Part shown: one piece after another, positions 45,719-55,814 of the stretch
How the letters are laid out: the number at the start of each line of letters is the position of its first letter
Numbering within the stretch: position 1 is the stretch's first letter
Notes under the pieces: model-generated
The model's database searches: none
What the model saw: the letters and a program-made list of their open reading frames with translations, nothing else
What the model was told of the DNA's origin: nothing
Assembly: GCA_041567315.1 (NCBI GenBank)
Contig: JBFGCA010000005.1
Location: forward strand, 10,858-74,857
DNA length: 64,000 nt
Reading direction: 5' to 3'
DNA from: Thermoanaerobaculia bacterium
GTDB taxonomy: Bacteria; Acidobacteriota; Thermoanaerobaculia; Multivoradales; JAHEKO01
Made by a program: the position numbers and the translations under genes

Positions 45719-46528
45719 ATGAGTCGCGCGCTCCGCGCGGCGGCGCGGCTGGTCGGGGTGGCGGCGGTCACCGTGTTCTGGTACTCGGCCTGGCTGGTCG
45801 GTGCCCTGACGGTGGCGCGCTCGCCGGTCCGGCGCGGGCGCTGGCGGCACCGCATCTTCCTGGGCTGGGGCCGCGCCATGGTCCGGGTGATGGCGGTCGA
45901 GGTCGAGGTCCGCGGCCGGCAGCCGGCGCCGCCCTTCTTTCTGGTCACCAACCACCTGAGCACCCTCGACGTGCCGGTGCTCGCCGCCCGCTTGGGGGCG
46001 GTCTTCGTCGCCAAGGCGGAGATGGCCGGGTGGCCGCTCTTCGGGGCGATGTGCCGCTCAGTGGGCACGGTGTTCATCGACCGCGGGCGGCGGCGCGACG
46101 TGGTGCGGGTGATGCCGGTGATCGAGGGCTTCCTGGATCGCGGCGAGGGGGTGGTGGTGTTCCCCGAGGGCACCAGCACCTCGGGCGAGGGCGTCGAGCC
46201 CTTCTATCCGCCCCTGCTCGAGGTGGCGGCGCGGCGGCCCTTTCCGGTCTCCTACGCGACGCTGAGCTATTCGACCCCGCCCGGCGAGTCGCCGGCCCGC
46301 GAGGCGGTCTGCTGGTGGGGCGACCTGCCCTTCGCCGAGCACATGTGGCGGGTGCTGCGGGTGCGGCGGATCCACGCCACGCTGGCCTTCGGCGCCGAGA
46401 GCGTCACCGCCGGCGACCGCAAGGAGCTGGCAGTGCGTCTGCAGCAGTCGGTGGCGGAGCAGTATCCGGGCCACGCCGTGGCGCCCCCGGCGCCGCGGGC
46501 GGTGGCCGGCCGGGCGGGCACACGGTGA
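45719..46528 (+). CDS. Lysophospholipid acyltransferase (1-acyl-sn-glycerol-3-phosphate acyltransferase, PlsC family)
   Basis: NHLSTLD (the HX4D variant of acyltransferase motif I), FVAKAEMAGWPLFG, VFPEGTST (motif III/FPEGT). Its stop overlaps the lgt GTG. Confidence 0.75.
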   Translation: MSRALRAAARLVGVAAVTVFWYSAWLVGALTVARSPVRRGRWRHRIFLGWGRAMVRVMAVEVEVRGRQPAPPFFLVTNHLSTLDVPVLAARLGAVFVAKAEMAGWPLFGAMCRSVGTVFIDRGRRRDVVRVMPVIEGFLDRGEGVVVFPEGTSTSGEGVEPFYPPLLEVAARRPFPVSYATLSYSTPPGESPAREAVCWWGDLPFAEHMWRVLRVRRIHATLAFGAESVTAGDRKELAVRLQQSVAEQYPGHAVAPPAPRAVAGRAGTR

Positions 46529-47364
46529 AGCGCGGCGACCTGCTCTGGGGCCTCGGCCTGGCGGCGGTCATCGCCTGGCTGGTGACCCGCAACTTCTTCC
46601 TCGCCCAGCCCGAGTTCCCGCTGCTGCGCTGGGGGCCGCTCCAGCTCACCAGCTTCGGGCCGCTGGTCGCCCTCGATCTGCTCTTCGCCTTCTACCTGGT
46701 GCGGCGCTGGTGTCTGCGCTTCGACCTCGACTGGGAGGCACTGGCCGGCGGGCTGGTGTGGATCGCCGGCCTGGGTCTCTACATCTCGCACCTGGTGTCG
46801 ATCGCCTTCTACTTCCCGGAGGAGCTGACCGACCTGGTGGCGCTGCTCGACTTCCGGACCCGCATCTCCTCGTTCGGTGGGATCTACGGCGGCGCCCTGG
46901 TGGCGATCCTGTATCTGCGGCGCCAGGGGCTCGAGGTCTGGCGCTACGCCGACGCCCTGGCCTACGGCTTCGTCGGCGGCTACGTCTTCGGCCGCGCCGG
47001 CTGCTTCTCGGTGCACGACCACCCGGGTCGGGCGACCGATTTCTTGCTCGGGGTCGAGATCGGCGGCGTCCGGCGCCACGACCTGGGCTTCTACGAGATG
47101 TGGTTGATGCTCGCCCTGCTGCTGGCGATCACCTGGCTGGCGCGGCGGCGCCGGCCGGCCGCCGGCACGGTGGTGGCGTTCGCCGCCACCCTCTACGCGC
47201 CGGTCCGCTTCCTTTTCGACTTCCTGAGGATCGAGGACCCGACCTACGCCGGACTCACCCCGGGCCAGTGGATGGCGATCCCGCTCTTCCTGATCGGGCT
47301 GTGGGCCTGGCGCCGGGCGGCCGCCAACCGCCGCGCCGAGGGTCGGGCTCAGGCCATGCCGTAG
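46525..47364 (+). CDS. lgt: Prolipoprotein diacylglyceryl transferase
   Basis: GTG start overlapping the upstream TGA. Multiple TM helices and the Lgt signature region YGFVGGYVFGRAGCFSVHDHPGRATDF (G-x-x-R-x-G-C-F). Length 279 aa. Confidence 0.75.
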   Translation: MKRGDLLWGLGLAAVIAWLVTRNFFLAQPEFPLLRWGPLQLTSFGPLVALDLLFAFYLVRRWCLRFDLDWEALAGGLVWIAGLGLYISHLVSIAFYFPEELTDLVALLDFRTRISSFGGIYGGALVAILYLRRQGLEVWRYADALAYGFVGGYVFGRAGCFSVHDHPGRATDFLLGVEIGGVRRHDLGFYEMWLMLALLLAITWLARRRRPAAGTVVAFAATLYAPVRFLFDFLRIEDPTYAGLTPGQWMAIPLFLIGLWAWRRAAANRRAEGRAQAMP

Positions 47365-47876
47365 AGATGCATGGTGTTGACCGGTTTGCCCTGGAGCTTG
47401 AGGTAGTAGAAGAGCTGGTTCCTGTGGTTGCCGAGGTGGTTGACCATCTGGAGCATCCGCTGGCCCAGCATGATGGGGGTCGGGTCCCAGGGGGCCGGCG
47501 CCGGCTGGCTGGCGAGCTTCTCCTCCCCCGCCTGGTCGACGGTCTGGTAGGCCAGCTTCTTGTCCTCGGCGAGCAGCCGGCGGGCCTCGGCGACGCTCTT
47601 GGCGGCCGGCATCTTGTCGGCCTGGGGCAGCATCTCGTCGGGCGGCAGGTCCTCCATGTTGACGCCCTCGGGCAGGCCCCAGTCGCCGGTCAGGAAGCCG
47701 CGGCAGGGCATGCCGCAGGCGTTGCTCAGGTGCTGCAGCAGCTGCCCGGTGGTCATCCAGTTGTCGCCGGCCGCCGGCTTCCAGTCGAGTGAGCCGTCGT
47801 CCACCATCCCCATCAAGCCGTCGGCGGCCTTGTAGGTCGCGTCGATCTCGGATTTCAGCAGCTCGGTCCAGTTCAT
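47349..47876 (-). CDS. DinB/YfiT-like (DinB_2 four-helix bundle) family protein
   Basis: 175 aa with DinB_2-like His-containing segments (QLLQHLSN, MLQMVNHLGNHRNQLFYYLK). GC lower than the flanks. Convergently overlaps the lgt 3' end by ~16 nt. Confidence 0.55.
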   Translation of the reverse strand: MNWTELLKSEIDATYKAADGLMGMVDDGSLDWKPAAGDNWMTTGQLLQHLSNACGMPCRGFLTGDWGLPEGVNMEDLPPDEMLPQADKMPAAKSVAEARRLLAEDKKLAYQTVDQAGEEKLASQPAPAPWDPTPIMLGQRMLQMVNHLGNHRNQLFYYLKLQGKPVNTMHLYGMA

Positions 47877-47943
47877 CCGTCGTTGCCTCCCGTTTGAGAT
47901 TATCGAGCGCCTACTCTAGCAAGGCACCGCGAGGAGCTCCGTT

Positions 47944-49563
47944 ATGAAAAAAGTGAAGATCGCCGACTGGTCGAAGCTCGAAGACCGCCGCCCGCGGCAT
48001 GCGCTGGTGGCCGGGGTGGACCTGGTGATCGTGCGCTGGGACGACCAGGTCTCGGTGCTCTACGGCCGCTGCCAGCACCGCGGAGCGCTGATGGCCGACG
48101 GCTCGATCCGCGGCGGCGACATCGTCTGCGGGGTCCACGACTGGGACTACCAGTTCCGCACCGGGATCAGCTCCTACAACCCCGAGGAGCGGCTCCACAA
48201 GTTTGGCGGTTGGGTCGAAGACGGCGCGGTGTGGGCCGACGAGGAGGAGATCGCCGCCTGGGAGCGCGAGAACCCGCAGCCCTGGGTCCGCGACGCCTAT
48301 CAGGGAACCTACCAGGACCACTCCAAGGGGTCGCCGGCCGAGCCCCACGTCAAGCTGATCCGCAAGCTGGCCGGCGAGGGGCTCGAAAAGGTGGGGCATC
48401 ACGGTCCGGTGGCGGCGATGGGGGTGCCACGCCAGGAGCTGCCGACCTGGGACGACCTGCAGTTCGTCACCGCCCAGCTCGCCCGGGTGCCGCAGCTCGA
48501 CGAGGTGCCGGTCGACACCCGGCTGGTGGTCGGCCCCGAGGCCGCCAAGCCGCTCGAGCTCGACCTCCCGATCATCGTCTCGGACATGAGCTTCGGGTCG
48601 CTCTCCTTCGAGGCCAAGGTGGCGCTCGCCAAGGGCGCCGAGCTGGCCGGCACCGGCATCTGCTCGGGCGAGGGCGGCATGTTGCCCGACGAGCAGGAGG
48701 CCAACCGCCGCTACTTCTACGAGCTGGCCTCGGCGCGCTTCGGTTTCTCGATGGAGAAGCTCGACAAGGTCCAGGCTTTTCACTTCAAGGGCGGCCAGGG
48801 CTCCAAGACCGGCACCGGCGGCCACCTGCCGGGGAGCAAGGTACGGGGCCGGATCGCCCAGGTGCGCGGTCTCGAGGAGGGCAAGCCGGCGGTCTCCCCG
48901 GCCCGCTTCCCGGAGTGGGAGGACGAGGACGGCTTCCGCCACTTCGCCGACGAGGTGCGGGAGCGGACCGGCGGCATCCCGATCGGCTTCAAGCTCTCGG
49001 CCCAGCACGTCGAGGACGACATCGACGCGGCGCTGAGGGTCGGGGTCGACTACCTGATCCTCGACGGCCGCGGCGGCGGCACGGGGGCGGCGCCGCTGCT
49101 CTTCCGCGACAATATTTCAGTGCCGACGCTGCCGGCCCTCGCCCGCGCCCGCCGCCATCTCGACCGCCGCCACCAGAGCGGCCGGGTGACGCTGTTCGTG
49201 ACCGGCGGGCTGCGCACCCCGGCCGACTTCGCCAAGGCGCTGGCGCTGGGTGCCGACGGCGTGGCGGTGGCCAACTCGGCGATGCAGGCGATCGGCTGTA
49301 TCGCGATGCGCGCCTGCCACACCAACAAGTGTCCGGTGGGGATCGCCACCCAGGACGAGACGCTGCGCCGGCGGCTGCCGGTGGACGAAGCGGCCGAACG
49401 GCTGGCCCGCTTTTTCGGCGCCTCGGTGGAGCTGATGAAGCTGCTGGCCCGCGCCTGTGGCCACACCCGGCTGGCCGACCTGCGCCGCGAGGACCTGACC
49501 ACCTGGAAGCGCGACGTGGCCTATCTGACCGGGGTGGCCTACGGCGGCGTGGTGCCGCTGTAG
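47944..49563 (+). CDS. Rieske [2Fe-2S] domain fused to a glutamate-synthase-like FMN/Fe-S domain (GltS FMN-binding domain family)
   Basis: ATG. N-terminal Rieske motifs CQHRGALMADGSI...CGVHDWDY (CxH...CxxH). C-terminal region matches the GltB domain-2 type (SDMSFGSLSFEAKVALAKGAELAGTGICSGEGG, GGQGSKTGTGGHLPG, LILDGRGGGTGAAP, CHTNKCPVGIATQDE). Confidence 0.7.
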   Translation: MKKVKIADWSKLEDRRPRHALVAGVDLVIVRWDDQVSVLYGRCQHRGALMADGSIRGGDIVCGVHDWDYQFRTGISSYNPEERLHKFGGWVEDGAVWADEEEIAAWERENPQPWVRDAYQGTYQDHSKGSPAEPHVKLIRKLAGEGLEKVGHHGPVAAMGVPRQELPTWDDLQFVTAQLARVPQLDEVPVDTRLVVGPEAAKPLELDLPIIVSDMSFGSLSFEAKVALAKGAELAGTGICSGEGGMLPDEQEANRRYFYELASARFGFSMEKLDKVQAFHFKGGQGSKTGTGGHLPGSKVRGRIAQVRGLEEGKPAVSPARFPEWEDEDGFRHFADEVRERTGGIPIGFKLSAQHVEDDIDAALRVGVDYLILDGRGGGTGAAPLLFRDNISVPTLPALARARRHLDRRHQSGRVTLFVTGGLRTPADFAKALALGADGVAVANSAMQAIGCIAMRACHTNKCPVGIATQDETLRRRLPVDEAAERLARFFGASVELMKLLARACGHTRLADLRREDLTTWKRDVAYLTGVAYGGVVPL

Positions 49564-50477
49564 GCCGCCGGCCGCGCGCCCTCCTCCTCGAGCGCCGCAC
49601 GGAGCGCCGCCGCGGTGCGCTCGAGGTTGGCCAGCCAGTCGCGGGCCAGCGGATCGAGGGTGACCAGCCGGGCACCGACCTGGCGGGCGATCGCCGCGGC
49701 GCCGGGCCGGGGGAAGCCGGGCTGGACGAACAGTGTTTTCAGGCGCCGCCGGCGCGCCTCCTCGACCAGCGCCACCAGCCGCGCCGGGCCGGGCTCCTTG
49801 CCCTCGTGCTCGATCGCCACCTGCTCCAGCCCGTAGCGGCGCGCGAAGTGGCCCCAGGCCGGATGGAAGACCACGAAGCTGCGGCCCGCGAAGCCGGCGA
49901 GGGCGGCGCCGATCCTCGCCTCGGCGGCCTCGACGTCGGTCAAGAAGGCGGCCAGCCGGCGCTGGTACTCGCCGGCGCGCCCGGGATCGATCGCCGCCAG
50001 CGCGGCCGCCAGCCGCTGGGCCGCGCCGGTCATCGCCGGCGGCGCCATCCACAGGTGCGGATCGTCGCCGCCGGCGCCGGGGAGCCCGATCTCGCGCGCC
50101 ACGGCGAGGAGATCGATCACCACCAGCTCCGGGCTCTGCGCCGCGATCCGCTCGAGGTGGGTGCGCTCGAAGGCGAGCGCCGGATGGCCCACCCGCAGGT
50201 AGGCCCGGGCGGTGGCCAGCGCCACCAGCCGGCGCGGCGAGGGCTCGTAGGTCTCGGGGCTGAAGCCGGCGGGGACCATCACCACCAGCTCGACCCGCTC
50301 GCCACCGATCCGCTCCACCGGCTCGGCCAGCGGCGGCACGCTGACCGCCACCCGGAGCGGCGGCTGCTCGGCCCGTATCGGTGGCGCCGCTGGCAGCAGC
50401 GGAAGCATGAGCAGCGCCAGGCCCAGGGTGCCCCAGGGTGCCCGCGCTTTGCGCGGCGCCCGGCCGGACGGCGTCAC
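49539..50477 (-). CDS. Metal (Zn/Mn) ABC transporter substrate-binding protein (ZnuA/TroA family)
   Basis: GTG start at 50477 in frame, overlapping the permease gene stop (GTGA). Signal peptide MTPSGRAPRKARAPWGTLGLALLMLPLLPAAPP. TroA-fold segments (RVAVSVPPLAEPVERIGGERVEL, DPHLWMAP, FVVFHPAWGHFARRYGL, LKTLFVQPGF). Convergently overlaps the Rieske-GltS gene end by 25 nt. Confidence 0.7.
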   Translation of the reverse strand: MTPSGRAPRKARAPWGTLGLALLMLPLLPAAPPIRAEQPPLRVAVSVPPLAEPVERIGGERVELVVMVPAGFSPETYEPSPRRLVALATARAYLRVGHPALAFERTHLERIAAQSPELVVIDLLAVAREIGLPGAGGDDPHLWMAPPAMTGAAQRLAAALAAIDPGRAGEYQRRLAAFLTDVEAAEARIGAALAGFAGRSFVVFHPAWGHFARRYGLEQVAIEHEGKEPGPARLVALVEEARRRRLKTLFVQPGFPRPGAAAIARQVGARLVTLDPLARDWLANLERTAAALRAALEEEGARPAAYSGTTPP

Positions 50478-51340
50478 GGCGGCTCCGGCACGCTGGCCTG
50501 CGCGCCGCCGCGACGCGCTCGCGCGCGGCGCAGCGCCAGGGCGCGGCCTCCGCGCACGAAGATCAGCAGCAGGGCGCCCAGCAGCACGATGCAGGGACCG
50601 GAGGGCAGGTCGAGGAGGTAGGACAGCCAGATCCCGCCCAGCGACACCACCGCTCCGATCACGGTCGAGAGCGCCATCACCCCGGCCAGCGAGCGGCTGA
50701 GCGCCAGCGCCGCCACCGGCGGGATGGTCAGCAGCGCCAGCACCAGGAGGATCCCGACCAGCCGCAGCAGCAGCACCACGGCCAGCGCCACCAGCACCAG
50801 CAGCAGATTCCGGAAGGCCCCCACCGGCACGCCCTGCACGCGGGCGTACTCCTCGTCGAAGCCCACCGCCACCAGCTCCTTGAAGAACAGCACCAGCAGC
50901 GCCATGACGACGGCGGTGAAGCCCAGGGTCCACACCACGCCGCTGCGCTCGACGGTGAGGATGTTGCCGAACAGATAGGAGGCGAGGTCGGGACCGTAGC
51001 CCGGGGTGCGGGCGATGAACACCATGCCCACCGCCATGCCCACCGCCCACAGGATGCCGATCACCGCGTCCTCCGACCGCGACCGCCGGTCGCCGGTGCC
51101 GGCCAGGGCCAGCGCCGCCACCACGGCGACGGCGGCGGCTCCCAGCAGCGGCTCGACCCCCAGGAAGTAGCAGACGCCGAGCCCGCCGAAGGCCGCGTGG
51201 CTCAAGCCGCCGCTGATGAACACCAGCCGCTTGACGACCACCAGCGTGCCGAGCACCCCGCACAGCACGCTGGCCAGCAGCGCCGCCCACACCGCGTTGC
51301 GCAGGAAGTCGTAGGACAGCAGGTCGACGAGAGCGTCCAC
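50474..51340 (-). CDS. Metal ABC transporter permease (ZnuB/TroCD family)
   Basis: GTG start. ~8 TM helices, typical ABC-3 permease composition. Confidence 0.7.
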   Translation of the reverse strand: MDALVDLLSYDFLRNAVWAALLASVLCGVLGTLVVVKRLVFISGGLSHAAFGGLGVCYFLGVEPLLGAAAVAVVAALALAGTGDRRSRSEDAVIGILWAVGMAVGMVFIARTPGYGPDLASYLFGNILTVERSGVVWTLGFTAVVMALLVLFFKELVAVGFDEEYARVQGVPVGAFRNLLLVLVALAVVLLLRLVGILLVLALLTIPPVAALALSRSLAGVMALSTVIGAVVSLGGIWLSYLLDLPSGPCIVLLGALLLIFVRGGRALALRRARARRGGAQASVPEPP

Positions 51341-51423
51341 GGCGCCGGGTCTCGGTTGAGGAGCTGCGACTGCGGCTTCGAGTATGCCCTTCGAGGGTGG
51401 CCGAGCGGGTGCGCGGCGGCCGG

Positions 51424-52230
51424 CTAGGGCGGGGCCGGCCCACCGCCGCCGGGACCGCCCCCGGGGTGGCGGTGCTCGCCCAGCACCCGGTGCGGCACCC
51501 CGCCGTGGGTGACCAGCTCCACCGGGCAGCCGTAGACCTGCTCCAGCATCTCGGCGGTGACCTCACCCCGCGGGTGATAGTGCAGCCGCCGGTTGACGCA
51601 CGCCACCTGCTTCATCAGCCCGCCGAAGAGGGTCACGTCGTGGGTCACCACCACTACCGGCGCCCGCCGGTTGAGCTCGGCGAGGAGCGACAGCACCACC
51701 TCCCGCGACTCGCTGTCGATCGAGCCCATCGGCTCGTCGAGCAGCAGGATGCGGGGATCGGCGACCAGCGCCCGGGCGATCAGGGTGCGCTGGAGCTGCC
51801 CCCCGGACAGATCGGCGAGCGGCACCCGGGCGAGGGCGGCGAGCCCCAGCCGCTCGAGCCAGCGCCCGACCGCCAGCTCGTCCTCGCGGGCGTAGCTGCG
51901 CAGCAGTCCGCGGCCGCCCAGCCGCCCGGTGCGCACCGCCTCGAACACCGAGATCGGGAACGAGCGGTCGAAGCCCGCGAACTGCGGCACGTAGCCCACC
52001 GCCCCGGCCCGCCGGTCGAAGCTCCAGCCGACGCTCCCCGACCGCGGCTCGAGCAGACCGAGCAGCACCTTGAGCAGCGTCGTCTTGCCGCCGCCGTTGG
52101 GGCCGATCACCGCCAGGAAGTCGCGCTCGCCGATCTCCAGCGAGACCCGATCGAGCACCACCTCCGGCCCGTAGCCGAAGGTCACCTCGCGGACGCTGAC
52201 TAGCGGATTCGTTGCGGATGGTGACGGCAC
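51424..52230 (-). CDS. Metal ABC transporter ATP-binding protein (ZnuC-like)
   Basis: GTG start (track). Walker A GPNGGGKTT, ABC signature LSGGQLQR, Walker B ILLLDEP. Confidence 0.75.
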   Translation of the reverse strand: MPSPSATNPLVSVREVTFGYGPEVVLDRVSLEIGERDFLAVIGPNGGGKTTLLKVLLGLLEPRSGSVGWSFDRRAGAVGYVPQFAGFDRSFPISVFEAVRTGRLGGRGLLRSYAREDELAVGRWLERLGLAALARVPLADLSGGQLQRTLIARALVADPRILLLDEPMGSIDSESREVVLSLLAELNRRAPVVVVTHDVTLFGGLMKQVACVNRRLHYHPRGEVTAEMLEQVYGCPVELVTHGGVPHRVLGEHRHPGGGPGGGGPAPP

Positions 52231-52480
52231 GGCGGCGAGCCGATGATAGCCCGCACTAATGCTTCATGTTCGATTGCTGCGGCTGTGGAGCCGCAGAGCA
52301 GCGCCGGCGCTGCGCACCTCGAGCGGGGCCATCCGACGACGGCGAGAAGCCAGAATGCCGTTAAGCTCGGGGCCGGGAAGCCAAGCGAGCTCACGAGGGG
52401 AAGCCCAGGCGAGTGACGGACCGTCGACGGGCGGTCACTCGCCCGCCGGCGTCACCCGAGTCTTTAGGAGCGATTCAATA

Positions 52481-54490
52481 ATGTCCGACAACAATCCCCA
52501 AAAGGCGAGCGGCGGCAACGGCGGCGGGCGGCCCGCGCGGCGGGTGTGGCGCAAGGCGCTCGAGCCCGGCGAGTTGCCCGAGGGCCGGGTCAAGCCCGTC
52601 ACCTGCGAACGGGTGACGGTGTGCATGACCCACTTCGAGGGCCGCTACGCGGCGCTCGACAACAAGTGCCCCCACCAGGGCGGGCCGCTGGGCGAGGGCT
52701 CGATCGAGAACGGGCTGCTGCGCTGTCCGTGGCACGGCTGGGACTTCGACCCGCTGACCGGCAAGGCGCCGGGCTACGACGACGGGGTGGCCACCTACCC
52801 GGTCGAGGAGCGCGAGGACGGCGTCTGGGTGGGCTTCGACGAGGAGGCGCTCCACGTCCGCACGGTCTCCGACCTGATGGCCGAGACCATGGCCGCCTGG
52901 GGGGTGCGCCACGTCTGGGGGATGGTGGGTCACTCCAATCTCGGGCTGGCCGACGCCCTGCGGCGGCTCGAGGCCGACGGGCGGCTGGCCTACTACGGCA
53001 TCCGCCACGAGGGCGCCGCGGCCTTCGCCGCCTCGGCCTACGGCAAGCTCACCGGCCGGCCGGCGGCCTGCCTGTCGATCGCCGGTCCCGGCGCCACCAA
53101 CCTGCTCACCGGGCTGTGGGACGCCAACGTCGACCGCTCGCCGGTGCTGGCGCTGACCGGCCAGGTGGACACCCAGGTGCTGGGCCCCGGCGCCTTCCAG
53201 GAGGTCGACCTGTCGGCCGCCTTCGGCAGGGTGGCGCGCTGGAGCCAGCCGGTGCTCCACACCTCGCGCCACGCCGAGCTGGTCAACCTGGCGCTCAAGA
53301 GCGCCATCCTCGAGCGCGGCGTCGCCCACCTGATCTTCCCCGACGAGGTGCAGAAGCTGCCGGCCCCGGAGGGCGCCAAGCCCGGCGGACCCGAGGGGCG
53401 GGTGACGGCGCGCGAGATCGCGCCGCCGGCCGGGGCGCTGGAGCGGGCGGCGGCGCTGCTCGCCCGCTCGCGGCGGCCGGGGATCATCGTCGGCCACGGC
53501 GCCCGCTTCCACATGGAGCCGGTGCTCGAGCTGGCCGAGCGGCTGCGCTGCCCGGTGCTCACCACCTTCAAGGGCAAGGGGCTGGTCTCCGACCGCCACC
53601 CGCTGGGCTGCGGCGTCCTGGGCCGCAGCGGCACGCCGATCGCCAGCTACTTCATGAACGAGTCCGACTGTCTGCTGGTGTTCGGCGCCAGTTTCTCCGA
53701 CCACACCGGGATCACCCCCAAGAAGCCCACCATCCAGGTGGACTGGGACCCGATGACGCTCGGCAAGTTCCACCAGGTCGAGGTGCCGGTGTGGGGCGAG
53801 ATCGGGGTCACCGCCCGGCTGCTGGCGGCGGCCCTCGACGGCGGCGGTGCGGCGGTCGACCGGCGCGACGAGATCGCCGAGCGCTGGGCGATCTGGCGCC
53901 GTGAGAAGGAGCGCCGCGAGGGCGAGGAGCGCGGCCGCGGCATCTCCTCGGCCGCCCTCTTCGCCGCCCTCAACCGGGCGGTGCCCGAGGACGCCATCCT
54001 CGCCGTCGACGTCGGCAACAACACCTACTCCTTCGGCCGCTACTTCGAGTGCGCCCGCCAGGCGGTGCTGATGTCCGGCTACCTGGGCTCGATCGGCTTC
54101 GGCTACCCGGCGGCGATGGGGGCCTGGGCGGCGACCCGCGAAGAAGACCCGCGCTTCGCCGGCCGCCCGGTGCTCTCGATCTCGGGCGACGGCGGCTTCG
54201 GCCAGTACATGGGCGAGCTGACCACCGCCGTCAAGTACGGGATGAAGATCACCCACGTGCTGCTCAACAACGGCGAGCTGGGCAAGATCTCCAAGGAGCA
54301 GCGCTCGGGCAACTGGGAGGTCTGGCAGACCTCGCTCCACAACCCCGACTTCGCCGCCTACGCCGAGCTGTGCGGCGCCCTCGGTCTCCGGGTCCGCCAC
54401 CGCGACGAGCTGGACGCCGCCCTCGGCCGCGCCCTCGCCCACGACGGCCCCAGCCTGGTCGAAGTCCTCACCGACCCCGAGCTGGTCTGA
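52481..54490 (+). CDS. Rieske [2Fe-2S] domain fused to a thiamine-pyrophosphate-dependent enzyme (acetolactate synthase/pyruvate oxidase family)
   Basis: ATG at 52481 with taggag 10 nt upstream. N-terminal Rieske CPHQGGPL...CPWHGWDF. Then the three-domain TPP fold: Pyr domain (GMVGHSNLGLADAL, SIAGPGATNLLTGLWDANVD), middle domain, PP domain with GSIGFGYPAAMGA and the TPP-binding GDGGFGQYMGELTTAVKYGMKITHVLLNNGELG motif (GDG...NN). Confidence 0.7.
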   Translation: MSDNNPQKASGGNGGGRPARRVWRKALEPGELPEGRVKPVTCERVTVCMTHFEGRYAALDNKCPHQGGPLGEGSIENGLLRCPWHGWDFDPLTGKAPGYDDGVATYPVEEREDGVWVGFDEEALHVRTVSDLMAETMAAWGVRHVWGMVGHSNLGLADALRRLEADGRLAYYGIRHEGAAAFAASAYGKLTGRPAACLSIAGPGATNLLTGLWDANVDRSPVLALTGQVDTQVLGPGAFQEVDLSAAFGRVARWSQPVLHTSRHAELVNLALKSAILERGVAHLIFPDEVQKLPAPEGAKPGGPEGRVTAREIAPPAGALERAAALLARSRRPGIIVGHGARFHMEPVLELAERLRCPVLTTFKGKGLVSDRHPLGCGVLGRSGTPIASYFMNESDCLLVFGASFSDHTGITPKKPTIQVDWDPMTLGKFHQVEVPVWGEIGVTARLLAAALDGGGAAVDRRDEIAERWAIWRREKERREGEERGRGISSAALFAALNRAVPEDAILAVDVGNNTYSFGRYFECARQAVLMSGYLGSIGFGYPAAMGAWAATREEDPRFAGRPVLSISGDGGFGQYMGELTTAVKYGMKITHVLLNNGELGKISKEQRSGNWEVWQTSLHNPDFAAYAELCGALGLRVRHRDELDAALGRALAHDGPSLVEVLTDPELV

Positions 54491-54497
54491 GCCGGGG

Positions 54498-55803
<1,306 letters not shown>

Positions 55804-55814
<11 letters not shown>

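Noticed and set aside
52231-52480. Zur/Fur-box search upstream of the metal ABC operon
   Set aside because: No match to the AT-rich Zur/Fur consensus palindromes that I know; only GC-rich palindromes of unknown meaning. Kept as a low-interest finding.
52475-54442. 655-aa minus ORF and 452-aa plus ORF (52546-53904) overlapping the Rieske-TPP gene
   Set aside because: The chosen frame carries Rieske and TPP-binding motifs and a proper RBS; the alternatives are compositionally biased.
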